DNA of 62,580 nt, the filler included, from Collodictyon triciliatum (taxonomy: Eukaryota): the NCBI GenBank assembly GCA_043381765.1. It is 9 parts of 9 records of this genome, joined end to end, with 100 filler letters (N's around TTAATTAATTAA, not from the genome) between each part and the next. Parts side by side here need not be neighbours in the genome. Positions count along the whole stretch, not along the records: positions 45,672 to 53,190 come from JBHJMP010003856.1; positions 53,291 to 60,807 come from JBHJMP010003857.1; positions 60,908 to 62,580 come from JBHJMP010004001.1; 6 more parts are not named here. One strand, given 5' to 3'. Of this stretch, positions 51,301 to 62,580 are shown in pieces; position 1 is the stretch's first letter; each line of letters starts with the position of its first letter. Made by a program: the position numbers and the translations under genes. The notes beneath the pieces were generated by a model. It saw nothing but the letters and a program-made list of their open reading frames with translations. It was not told the origin of the DNA and did no database searches.

Positions 51301-52768
51301 TTCTTCAAATTGTAGGGTATACATCCTTATGCCTCACAAAGGCTCTTATATTTGTTCGATACTCTCCGGAAAAAATACATACGCATCGCTTCAAGGATTT
51401 CAAAGTCTGCTTCGGGTCTCCACCAAGATATTTTTGGAAACGCGAACGATCGCTCTGCGGCCATAGATGCTGCTCAAGATACTCTCCACTCTGATTCATC
51501 GACCGAAGTCCTGGTTCGTTATTTCACTTTCCTTTTGATAGCCTCCTTGAAGAGCCGAGCTGTCTCTCGCTGTTCTCAAGGTAGGTTTGGTGTCGTTTAT
51601 GTCTGCTGCTTATTCATTTTGTAATGCGATGCAACTATCTATCACAGTCTGAAGAGCTGGCAATCTGCTCAGATCTATTATCCCTGGTTCTGGGCACAAT
51701 CAACAATATCATCTTCTCTGCACTCCCTCGAAACCCATGCCTTGTCTACTCTCTAATGCACCAAAGAGAAATGTTTTCTAGCTTTCGAACACACCCCAAG
51801 TTCCTCGAATATATAGAAAACATTGAGAGCGTATGATTAATCAAACATTTATATGCATCATTGTGGATTGCCTATATTCCATCACCAATACACTTAGTTT
51901 TGATTCTTTTTCTTTTTCTTTTTCTTTTTCTTTTTCTTTTTCTTTTTCTTTTTCTTTTTCTTTTTCTTTTTCTTTTTCTTTATCTTTATCTTTATCTTTA
52001 TCTTTTTCCATATGAATAGGTGCTTTCTTACTTCGGACGTAAATTGGAGCAAGCTGCAACCCCTCAAAAATTTTCTGCCGATGATATCCTTGAAGTAATT
52101 ACCAATTCATCAAAAGCATGGACGTCGGACCGTCTCCGGGTATGCAGTAAATATTTGTTGTTGTTTTTTATTCATTTCTTGCTTCTGTTCGTACTTAAGA
52201 TGAACTTTATTGCCCAATTTCAAATACAAATTATTATAATTGTAAATATTTTGTCAACTGTGTGTAAGTTAGAAGGGGGCCTTTGAGAGTTGCCACACTA
52301 ACGAAACTAATAACTATAATATGCAATCATGCAGGTTATACCAGTTTTACAATATCAATATAACGAGGAAGAATCTCCTCATGAATTCTTTGTCCCATAT
52401 ATTTGGGTAATTGTACGGAGTTGCTTCGACACAGCATGGATTATTGACAGAATTATTGTCAACCAGCTGGTAGTTTTTTTTTTCTGCCTTCGTTTATATT
52501 TCACATTCTTTTTCAAATTTTTGGCTTTGTCTGCACAAGTTTGTTTCTTTGTTTCTTTGTTTCTTTGTTTCTTTGTTTCTTTGTTTCTTTGTTTCTTTGT
52601 TTCTTTGTTTCTTTGTTTCTTTGTTTCTTTGTTTATATTTTATCATTCCATTCGCACGAAACGAGTAGTGAAAACGTTTTTGTCCTCTCTTTACTCGAAT
52701 CCCCCAAAAGGAATCGTGCGAACCCGAAAACGAGGCAGGGTCTATTCAATCCGACCCCGACTTTGTAA
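48332..52768 (+). CDS. DYM: Dymeclin (Golgi protein), multi-exon; 3' end approximate
   Basis: MG start, VNALFFFRIFLQHLI, YVLSRTDVD, YMLLVILLILSQDSTFN, DLYLHSNCLAILANMS, HPYASQRL, LPRNPCLVYSLMH, YQYNEEESPHEFFVPYIW. Confidence 0.92.
50757..50814 (+). mobile_element. Ultra-short hairpin-poly(A) insertion, copy 4 (core 50773-50791), perfect 16-bp TSD ATGTAACGCACAAAAT
   Basis: TSD + ACTTTGAATCGAATAAAGG + A-run + TSD, in a dymeclin intron (donor 50743). Confidence 0.88.
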
Positions 52769-53299
52769 GCCTATATTTCCCATCCTGACAGAAGTGTGTC
52801 ATACATTTCTTTACACCCATGAAGATTACAATACATTGAAGTCCTTTTAATCATCTGTTACAAATGCACTGTGACTCTTCATATATCAAGGTCACAGTGG
52901 ACTTGCAGAAGCCCGCCAGTGTTCCAAGAAATTACTGATAGGCTTATCAATATGCAACCCATTCGCCATTTGTTTTGCTATCTCTCACTCTCTCGAGCAC
53001 CTTCTCCGTTTTATTCTCCTCAACATTTTTCTCTACACCTCTTGCAAAACGAACTTGATTGTGGCGACAACCAAGGCAGCCCTCTTCTGTTGGACATAAT
53101 CACAACCCTACATAAACCTTCTAACCCCATACATGCCCCTTCTTGTTCTTTTCTTTTTTTTTTTTTTTTCCATTTCTTTTTCACCTCTTANNNNNNNNNN
53201 NNNNNNNNNNNNNNNNNNNNNNNNNNNNNNNNNNTTAATTAATTAANNNNNNNNNNNNNNNNNNNNNNNNNNNNNNNNNNNNNNNNNNNNTTTTTTTTT

Positions 53300-53349
<50 letters not shown>

Positions 53350-54118
53350 CTTTTTTTCTTTTTTCTTTTTTCTTTTTTCTTTTTTTTTTTAGCAGGCGAC
53401 ATCTATACCAAGTGGATTCTCAAAATGAAATGCAGGCTCGCTCGCTAGAGTTGGGGCCCTTTCCCTTACTCCTTTGATCGATGATGCAAGATTATGGCTA
53501 CTTGGTCTGTTTATGTGGAATTATATCAGTGCCCAAGACGCGACCCAAGAAGATTTGCAGGGTTCGTGAAAGGTGTGGTGATTGCAACAAGTAGGTGATG
53601 ATGTACCCACATCCAACTAGAGTTGAATGCGGATGGAAAACGACTCAACAAAGGTACGGATTAATGATGTGACTGCTTTTCTCAGGCTCCCTAATAGGGT
53701 CACTAAGATAACATTCGTCGAGGTCATTAATATGAGGCAGATAAAAAAGACAAACATCGAAGTTACCCTAAATACCCATCTCATGATTATCCTCCATAGA
53801 ATTATCCAAGAAAAAGTAATTGAAGTTTTAATTCCTCTGAATCCGTTGGAGAGGTCTCGTTCCACCTGTCGTATCTGTTTAACCTATAGCTGGTGTCTCA
53901 AGAGATATCAAAGAGGCCATAGCCTTGGATTTGCATAGAGGCGTTTGTGGTAGCGGACAATCTCGGCACGTATGAACTGAAACATGATATAAGTCACTTA
54001 ACAAGTGGAAATTCTTTTTTATCAACCAGTCAATCGTCAACAGAAGATGAATCGCCTACCCCAGTATCATGTTCTCTCCTGATATGAATCATGCTCCAAA
54101 GACACTTCTCATGTTTCT

Positions 54119-54323
<205 letters not shown>

Positions 54324-55225
54324 GTATAGTCCAAAGTAAAATCAATATTTCTCAGAAAATAGGTACAGCATACTTTCTGAAGAATATTTTCATCTTATGC
54401 CCTATTTTCGTCTCATGGGTAGCTCTGGAAAAATGCTTTTGTGATGAAAATAATAGACATGCAGATATTGAATCAATATACTTGTTTAGAAAATGAGAAC
54501 TTTAGCAATATGATTGCTTTCGGTTTGTTGATTGATGATCATTTTGTACGCCACCAGGACGATTCCGAAAATCCAACGAGAGTTGCTGTGTTTCCATAAA
54601 ACATGGGGGAAATGAAACAACTCAATACCAATACGTGGTGGTCTGCCAAGAAGTATCGGAGTTTCCTTTGGTATTGTGAAGCCAGTGCATCAGTTTCAAC
54701 TCGCTGTAAAATGGACTGCATGGATATTCTCGCGAACCTTCGAATGTGCTGTCAAAGTAGGATTGGGTTGATTAAGGGCTGCAAAACTGAGTTACTTTTT
54801 AACACTCTTACAAGAAGAAGAAAAACTTGAATGTGCATTGACAGTTCCTCATACAATCAGTCTCCAGGTGCACTGACCAACTTCGGTGTGGCTCTTTCCA
54901 TTTATTGGTATTCAAACCCTGCTACATATTTCGTTGCAAATTGATGAAGGAAAGAAGAAAGACAGGAATAAAGAGCTCTGAATCATATCGCGACACGGTC
55001 ATATCGCAAACTCTAGTAACATGTGCACAAAAGTCTACTTTGAAAGTACACTTGTCATTTAGATATTATGATTATCTTCAGAAAATATAATATGAATTCA
55101 CGATTTGAAATAGTTCACTTATAATTAATTACATGTAAAACAACATCATAATTAGGTTGTTATGACAGCTTTCTATTTTTCAAAAAAAAAGTGCAAGAAA
55201 TTTTCTTTATTCAATTGAACTCTTC

Positions 55226-56639
55226 TCATTCACTTTTTGGCTCTGTATTGGACTCGGTCTCGTTCTTTTCATCTTTGGTATCCTCTTCCTTCTCGTATTC
55301 AGTAGATATGTTTTGCTTCAAAATATCTGTTTGTCTCTTTTCCTCCTCCCTCTTCTTTTCTTCTTCCCTTCTTCTTCGTCTTCTTTCGAGCTCTTCTTCA
55401 TATTTGATTTGCTCCAACAAGTCATCAACACACATTTTTGTCTGAACTGTTTGTGCGTGGTCTGGTCCCAACATTTTCTGTTTTATAGAGTATGACTTCT
55501 TGTAACTTTCAAGAGCGTCTGTATATCTATAGAGGAAGGAAACCCCCCGTACCAAACAATTACCTCTCATCAGAATCATTCTTTGCACATTCTCGACTAA
55601 ACTTTTACATATATAGGTTTTTTTAAAAAAATACAAATTACTAGAAAAAATACCTTTGACAACGTTGATAGGCGACACCGATATTGGTATAGAGCTCCGC
55701 GACGTGTGTGTGCTCCTCTCCGTAGAATCGAAGAAAGACGTTTAAACTCTTCTGGTAGTTTGATAAGGAATCCTCGTTGCTGAAACACACAGTTTAGGTT
55801 AGCACTAAATATACAAATGATTTTTATGATGGATGAAAGACAAATGAGCTTACTCTCCATTGTAATCATGCACCACAGCGATGTTATTGTATGAGGTCCC
55901 CACATCCGGATGGTCATCACCACAAACGCGCTTATATATGTCGTTACTCTCAATGTAATATTTCAGGGCCTTTCTATAGCTGTATTTATAATGGTAAGTC
56001 AGCATCAAGTCAATATATGTCATCTATGGTAAAAGTAGTCGCTATGAACTTTATCTAAAGAAAAAATGCATTATCCTAAAAGGCAGTTCGTACTGGCCAG
56101 AACTGTGGTAAACTGCGCCAAAGTTATTCAAAGATTGGGCCACATCGACGTGGTCATCTCCATATAACCTCTTTCTTATGGCTATAGACTTTTCATATGC
56201 TCTAAGCGCATCTTTGAGCCTGCTGGGCATATATCAGTTGATGTGTATCAAATTGGCGAGTAGGTGAAAGATAATGTTGCGGGTAAATTGCCCAGGGAAT
56301 GAATATTACTACATACATTCCAATCGCCCAGTGGCAAAGACCTATGTGGTTGTAACTGTCTGCAACGGATGGGTCGTTCTCTCCGTGTTTAGCTATGCGA
56401 ATTTCAAGAGCCTTCTGATGATATGAAATCGCTTCTTCGTATCTAAGTTAAAAATGAACCAAAGCATAAGTAAGGTATAAAGAAAATGTGTGATAGATTG
56501 AATGAGAGAAAGCACCTGCGGAGGTCATAATTCACCCAGCCAAGTGTGAAGTAATCAAAGTCTTTTTCATCTACATGAGTTGTTGTCATGCATTGAATGT
56601 AATCAGTGGTTGGTGCATTTGTTAATTAAGAGAATGTAT

Positions 56640-56706
<67 letters not shown>

Positions 56707-59700
56707 TCATGTAGTTAAATAATTGGAAAAATTACTGTCATCTTCAAACTTAGACAGGCGCTCTTCTATTATTGGCACTAAGAATTTATGTTGTTGTGTC
56801 TCTCTGAAGTAGTCAATCAACCACTTCCCGCATTCGTTTAATTCCTTCAATAATATATTAAAAATTATTGAATCCAACAACTGTCAAATAATTCGTTGGT
56901 ATCATTATTACTGTGTGTGTTTTTATGTGTGTGTGTTTTTATGTGTGTGTGTTTTTATGTGTGTGTGTTTTTATGTGTGTGTGTTTTTATGTGTGTGTGT
57001 TTTTATGTGTGTGTGTGTTTTTATGTGTGTGTGTTTTTATGTGTGTGTGTTTTCTTAACGATATTTGCTATATAAGATGTTTTGGCCTAGGTTCGTTCGG
57101 TCTTCTTTTTAGATTGAATAAATGATATGCTAGTTTTTTAAATAATAGTAATTATCAAACGTCATCTACCTTTGCTTTGTCGGTGTAAAGAGCACAGTCA
57201 TCAAATTTAATCTTTCTGAGAGCTAGCCAGGTCTCTAGGAATTCAAACTTTCTCTTTTTCATCATCATAATAACGACCTTGGATGCGGAAAAATAAACAA
57301 AAACAAAAAAAAAATCGAGTTAAATATCTTTGTGTAACCTTTGACCAAAGATATGAGATTAAATGTGGTAATATATGAAAAAATATAATTCGGAAAAAAA
57401 ACCTCATCTAATCTTAGGAAATCTATAAGTTCTTGATATTTCTTGGAATTTGACAGAGAATAGATGATTTCAGAAACCACCGCATCATCAGTATCCTGGT
57501 TAATTCCATTTCTATTTATCAACCAAGCTCCATAGTTATAGAATGCATTCTCCGTGAGCTCTTCAGAGAATAGGTATTTGGTCTTGACAGCTTCCAATAG
57601 AAGTTGATGGAAAAAAGCATATCTGGGAGTAAAGAAAGAGGGCAGTTTTGTACTTTATCATTAATAAAAATACATTATGGGGAAATAATGCAAATTACTT
57701 TCCATTCCGAACAAAAAGAGAGTCGACCAGCGTATACAGGAACGATTTCCTATATATTTGATTGATGAGAATTCCTATAATTTTAGATCAATAAAATAAC
57801 ACGGCAAATACCAATCAGAAAGGTCAAATTCCGATTGTAGTTGAAGAGATATGTAATTATCTAATTCATCCTCATTTAATCCAAGGCGAGACACATAGAG
57901 GACCATAAGAGCCGTTTTAACGATTTTGCACCCTAAGGTAATGAGAAGCATTAATGACTTTGAATGTTTTACTGGAATATCAAGAAAAAGAAAACCATAT
58001 TTGTTTTCCCATCTAGACGTCACTAGGTGATATAATTCAACGACTCCGTTTGTTGATAGTAGGGCTATGATTTCGGAATCTAATCTCTCATAAACACCAA
58101 AAACCCTTAATTCGTCCAAAAATATTCTCAAATAGAGAGGGTGTCCTTGTTGAGGGATGATTTATCGTTAAAATTGCTAAAGCGAAACATAAAGAGCGGT
58201 CTCCAAGGCATGTTACGAAAATGAGGTTTAGTCATTGGTGTGAAGTGTTAAACGCGTGCTAACCTGTATCAATACTGTCTTTTGCGACATACTCGACTTG
58301 CTGTTCTGTAAATTTTTTGTCGTATCTGGACATAAATGATGTAGCTGCCTGTATCGTTTCTTCTACTGTCAACCTTTTCACCGGGATGGTGGTGACTTTA
58401 TCTCGCAAAATCTGATGTTATCAGAGTACGATAAAAAAATTATTTTTCGAATATGATTTAAAAATAGGAAGGTGACGATTCAACAGAACTGTGTTGACTT
58501 GCCTCGTTTGTAGAGTGGGTATCGATTGTGGATACAACCACAGCAATATTTTTAGGAGTGGTTAAAGGCAGCCAACTCAATAGGAAAGGTTTAGGGTGCT
58601 CTTGAGAGGGCACGAGTTGGTTGATTGCGTCAATGAATATTACCAATTTATATCCCCTATCACGATACATAAACAAGCGTTATTTTCTTTTAAAGGTGTA
58701 TTTTCAGTTGATTATTTGGATTTTTTGGAAAATTCGTAACTAAATAGTATATCAGAAGATATGTTGTTTGAATGAAATAAAATTGAAAAATGTAAGGTGT
58801 ATTCACGATGATTCGGCTCTAGCTTCCTGGATTCTTTCAAAGAGTCTGGTTATTCCTGTCTTCCACATATCCTTGGCTATAAGTTCGATATTTTGTTATG
58901 TTTATGAAAATATTGATTAATGCAGCTTTCAGCTGAAACTTTTTAACCCCTTTCTTCACCTTTTTTGTCTTCAAAATCAAAGCCCAATTTGCATCCATGG
59001 TTTACTTGAAGCCATAGACGCTGCAGAATACTATTGTACATAAACGTAGAAAAATGGCCTTACTTTCACATTTTTAACGTCGGGTGATTCTTGGAATTTT
59101 ATCTTGTCGAAAAAATAAGCTTGTCAATGATGTATAGCAAATTTAGATAAAAGAACCTCTTTTTTACTTTGTTACCTGCTAACGAAAGTACTCGCATTAG
59201 TGCAGCCAACGAAATGGTATATTATCTGAACTCCTTCCATTTTATTTTGCTTTGTCTGTCGAATCATTGCCGCCATCAGAGAGGATTTTCCGATTCCTGC
59301 AAAGAAAAAAAAAACAGTATAATTGAATACAGTCTTTTAAAAAAGTGTGCTCTTACAAGAATATGTGCTTCTATAATAAATTTCTTATGAAAACCAAAAG
59401 CAGGATTCATCAATGTTTGAATCATTTGTATTTTATTTTCAAGTATTCTCATTTTGCCTGATTCAGCAGCCAGAGATAGAATTGGTGTATCATGCCCTTG
59501 AAGCTGCATCTTAATCTTTAATAAGAGTAAGAATAATAAGCTTCATTGCTCAAAAATGGTGACTAGTCAACTTTCATCAGATAAACTCCAGCTATTTTGA
59601 TGCCAGCGCAGGTTATTATGCCTTATATATTTCAAACCTCTACTTGGAAAGGATTTTATAATAAATAAATAAAAATTAAAATCGATACATTTCTTTCAAT

Positions 59701-60657
59701 TTCTGATATTATGTCGTGTCTCCCTTCAAATCCTGATAGTCTGTGCCTCATAAACTGAGAGTGTGCGACATCCTCTTTGCTTGTCTCCTGTGTTATGAAT
59801 TACTTTCATTTAATCTTATGTACAATTTTTTTCATATTATCATATTTCTTTTAAAAAAAATATGCGGATAAAATTGAATGTCAACTTTATATGTACCTCT
59901 GGGACTTTGAAGTCCATCTCTATCAGTAACTTCAAATCTGCAACTATAAAGTCAACAAATTCTACTTTCCCTTGGTAGGTCTTGACTGGAAACCTCTCAG
60001 CAATTGCCCGCTTTAAGTCATCTTGACGAATCCTCTGCAAAGAAAGCAAAATAATATTTTAATTGGTTGCTTAATTTTGTAAAGTAAATAAAGCAACGAT
60101 ACAATAATTGGAAAGAAAAAAGCCTGTTAAGATAAATCAAAGTCGATTTATTTATATGAATGTATATGTGTGTAAATACTAGTTCCTCATTGATAGGGAG
60201 ATAAAGAGCTGATTGTTCCTCTGGTTGAAGATTTTTGATGGAATATTCTTGATCACGAAAGTAAAACAGGGCTCTATTCGATACAGGTTTTTCACACAGA
60301 GAAGCGAAGAGTATCTACATTAAACCCTTGGTTATGCTAGAATGCTCATGTATACATGGCTTAATATTCAAAGAACGCATCATATTTTTTTTTCCTTTAT
60401 TCGATTCAAAAAGAACGCATGATATATTAATGATAAGAGGATTCTAGAGCTAATGACAGTTATGAAAAGTTGCACTTGAGTACCTCATATTCTGTTACGC
60501 TTTTATCTGTATAGGATGCTATTTGTGGGTATCGAAAGGTCGTGTCAGGGTCCCATTCGCTTGGGCGCTCTCTGTTTGGAATCCAGCCATAACGAGCCCC
60601 AAGGAAGCAGACAAAGTAGGGGCATTTCTCAATCGACTCACAGCAGCGAATAACAAC
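55226..60657 (-). CDS. DUF4062-NACHT-TPR protein (NPHP3/TEP1-like STAND NTPase), many exons, 5' truncated
   Basis: CPYFVCFLGARYGWIP...SVTEYE (DUF4062), Walker A AESG|IGKSSL, YHFVG, Walker B LVIFIDAINQL, IFLDELRVFGVYE, and TPRs such as YEKSIAIRKRLYGDDHVDVAQSLNN. Confidence 0.88.
56912..57053. repeat. Compound (TG)n-TTTTTA intronic minisatellite
   Basis: Direct reading. Confidence 0.9.
60371..60425 (-). mobile_element. Ultra-short hairpin-poly(A) insertion, copy 5 (core 60410-60394), 15-bp TSD with 1 mismatch
   Basis: Minus strand reads ATATCATGCGTTCTT + TTTGAATCGAATAAAGG + A-run + ATATGATGCGTTCTT, in an intron of the NACHT-TPR gene. Confidence 0.85.
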
Positions 60658-61034
60658 CTTTGGATAAAATTTGTATTAGAGCTTCTCTTTCTTTTTTTCT
60701 TTTTCTTTTTCTTTTTCTTTTTCTTTTTCTTTTTCTTTTTCTTTTTCTTTTTCTTTTTCTTTTTCTTTTTCTTTTTCTTTTTCTTTTTCTTTTTCTTTTT
60801 CTTTTTCNNNNNNNNNNNNNNNNNNNNNNNNNNNNNNNNNNNNNNNNNNNNTTAATTAATTAANNNNNNNNNNNNNNNNNNNNNNNNNNNNNNNNNNNNN
60901 NNNNNNNAGTAACGGAAGAAAAAAAATTCCAAAAAAAAATACTATATAAAAAATAAAAAAAAAAAGTTAAAAAAAAATCCCCCCCCCCCCCCCCCCCCCC
61001 CCCCTTATTTTTGATTATATACTCATTTCAATAG

Positions 61035-61823
61035 CTGGCATGGATGAGCAAGAAAAAAAGAAGCATCTTAACAAATTGAAGCGTGAGCAAAAGCAGAAGC
61101 AGAAGAAAGAAGAGGAGGCAGCACAACAGAAGAAGCCAAAAGGTTTACTTGAAAAAAAATTTCGTCAGTCTCTGCACTTCATTCTTTATTTCAGATTAAT
61201 ATTTATGCCATCAAAATAAATGCGGGCAACATAGAAAATCTCTTCAATCATATGGTTGCTTTACGCACAATATATTCATATATATCTCGATTACAGCTGG
61301 AGCAGTCAAAAAGAAGGTCGATACAGACCCAGATGGAAGTGAGTTGCTGAAGGTTACTTTCTTTACTTTTTTTTTTTTTAAGAAAAAAATGAGGAAAATA
61401 AATACTCTGCGTCAATATTCTTTTTAAAAATAATCGCGTTTAGGTTGTCGACCCTCTCGCTGAGGCTGGAAAGATGGTGAACTCCATTCAGGCTTTTTCA
61501 GGAGATGTAATTGTTCACTTGTAACATACCAAGTTGCTATCGCTCACAAAGTCACAGTTTCAAGCTTTCTCACTCACTCTCCCTTCCTCTTAATTTCTTT
61601 TTTTTGCTTCATTATTATTTCATAAAAGTATACCGATAATTTGCTTATCCTTATTTCCAACTGTTTTAGAAAATTGAGACACACCACCTATCCTTCGAAG
61701 TCAATATTCGCCGAGGTTTTCCACGCATTTTTTTGTTTTGTTTAGTTTAGCTTTTTTGTTTTGTCTAGCTTTATGCTTCTATTTCAGTTGTCATCTTCAT
61801 GTTTTTTTTAATTCCTTAACTCA

Positions 61824-61904
<81 letters not shown>

Positions 61905-62401
61905 CTTTAATAACTTTATTATTTTTTAATGATAGCCAAGTATCTGCTCGCGCTGCGTTCCGTTATCCAAGCCCGCTCCATTGATGCCGATGACCACACT
62001 TTCATCAAATACACTGCTCATCTTTACAACGCAGGTAAGAGGGGAAAAAAAAATACACTCTTTATTTTCTTGTCTTTTGCCCCTGAAAACAAGTACGTAT
62101 TAAGTTCAGTCACAGCTATATAGACTCGAAAAATTACTGTGATTATATCTCTCCATAGATTTGCAGTATTCGTTTTGTTTTGTTTCGCGTCATTTATTAG
62201 CATATTATGATTCATTATTCATGTGCTTGTTTTTATATCCAGTCAATGAATCCCGTTCGACTCTGTCTCCGTTGACATTTGAAATTCTGCTGGAGGAATT
62301 CAAAACTCTGTCGCTAGACCTGGCCAATCCCGAGACGCTTGTCGCATTTATTCGTGAATACGTCAACCGAAACACAGGAAATTATACTCGCAGCGTCTTT
62401 G
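61035..62401 (+). CDS. NAA15: Internal/C-terminal fragment of the NatA auxiliary subunit NAA15
   Basis: K/E-rich helix, then VDTDPDGSELLK|VVDPLAEAGK, KIETHHLSFEVNIRR and KYLLALRSV. Confidence 0.78.
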
Positions 62402-62460
62402 GTAAATCCCAACAAAATCTGCAAACCGTTTCTTTCCCGTCACTACTTTCGAAATGTCCT

Positions 62461-62580
62461 TCTATCTATCTATCCATCTATCTATACTATACTATACTAT
62501 ACTATACTATACTATACTATACTATACTATACTATACTATACTATACTATACTATACTATACTATACTATACTATACTAT
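62461..62580. repeat. (CTAT)n then (ACTAT)n microsatellite
   Basis: Direct reading. Confidence 0.95.

Overview
This is eukaryotic, intron-rich, AT-rich DNA using the standard genetic code, probably from a protist (species not identifiable). It is not one locus. Nine pieces, mostly ~7.5 kb, are joined by artificial N-TTAATTAATTAA-N linkers, so adjacency across linkers is meaningless. Recognisable spliced genes are an NmrA-like protein, ataxin-3/Josephin DUB, TLC-domain protein, ubiquitin E1, MMTAG2, PHO80-type cyclin, BRD8-like protein, macro-WWE-PARP, LRR-RING-B-box-NHL protein, RDH-like SDR, dymeclin, a DUF4062-NACHT-TPR protein and an NAA15 fragment. The most striking unexplained signal is a family of ultra-short insertions: a 17-19 nt hairpin (C)CTTTGAATCGAATAAAGG plus an A-tail, flanked by ~11-18 bp target-site duplications. 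Five clear intronic copies occur on three independent contigs, with a near-constant 5' end and an AAT^AT target preference. Other notable items are an E1 with an N-terminal dual-acylation motif, a probably inactive macro-PARP, an unusual TRIM-NHL fusion, a NACHT pseudogene and a degenerate tRNA-like Pol III unit. Gene models were spliced by eye, so boundaries are approximate.
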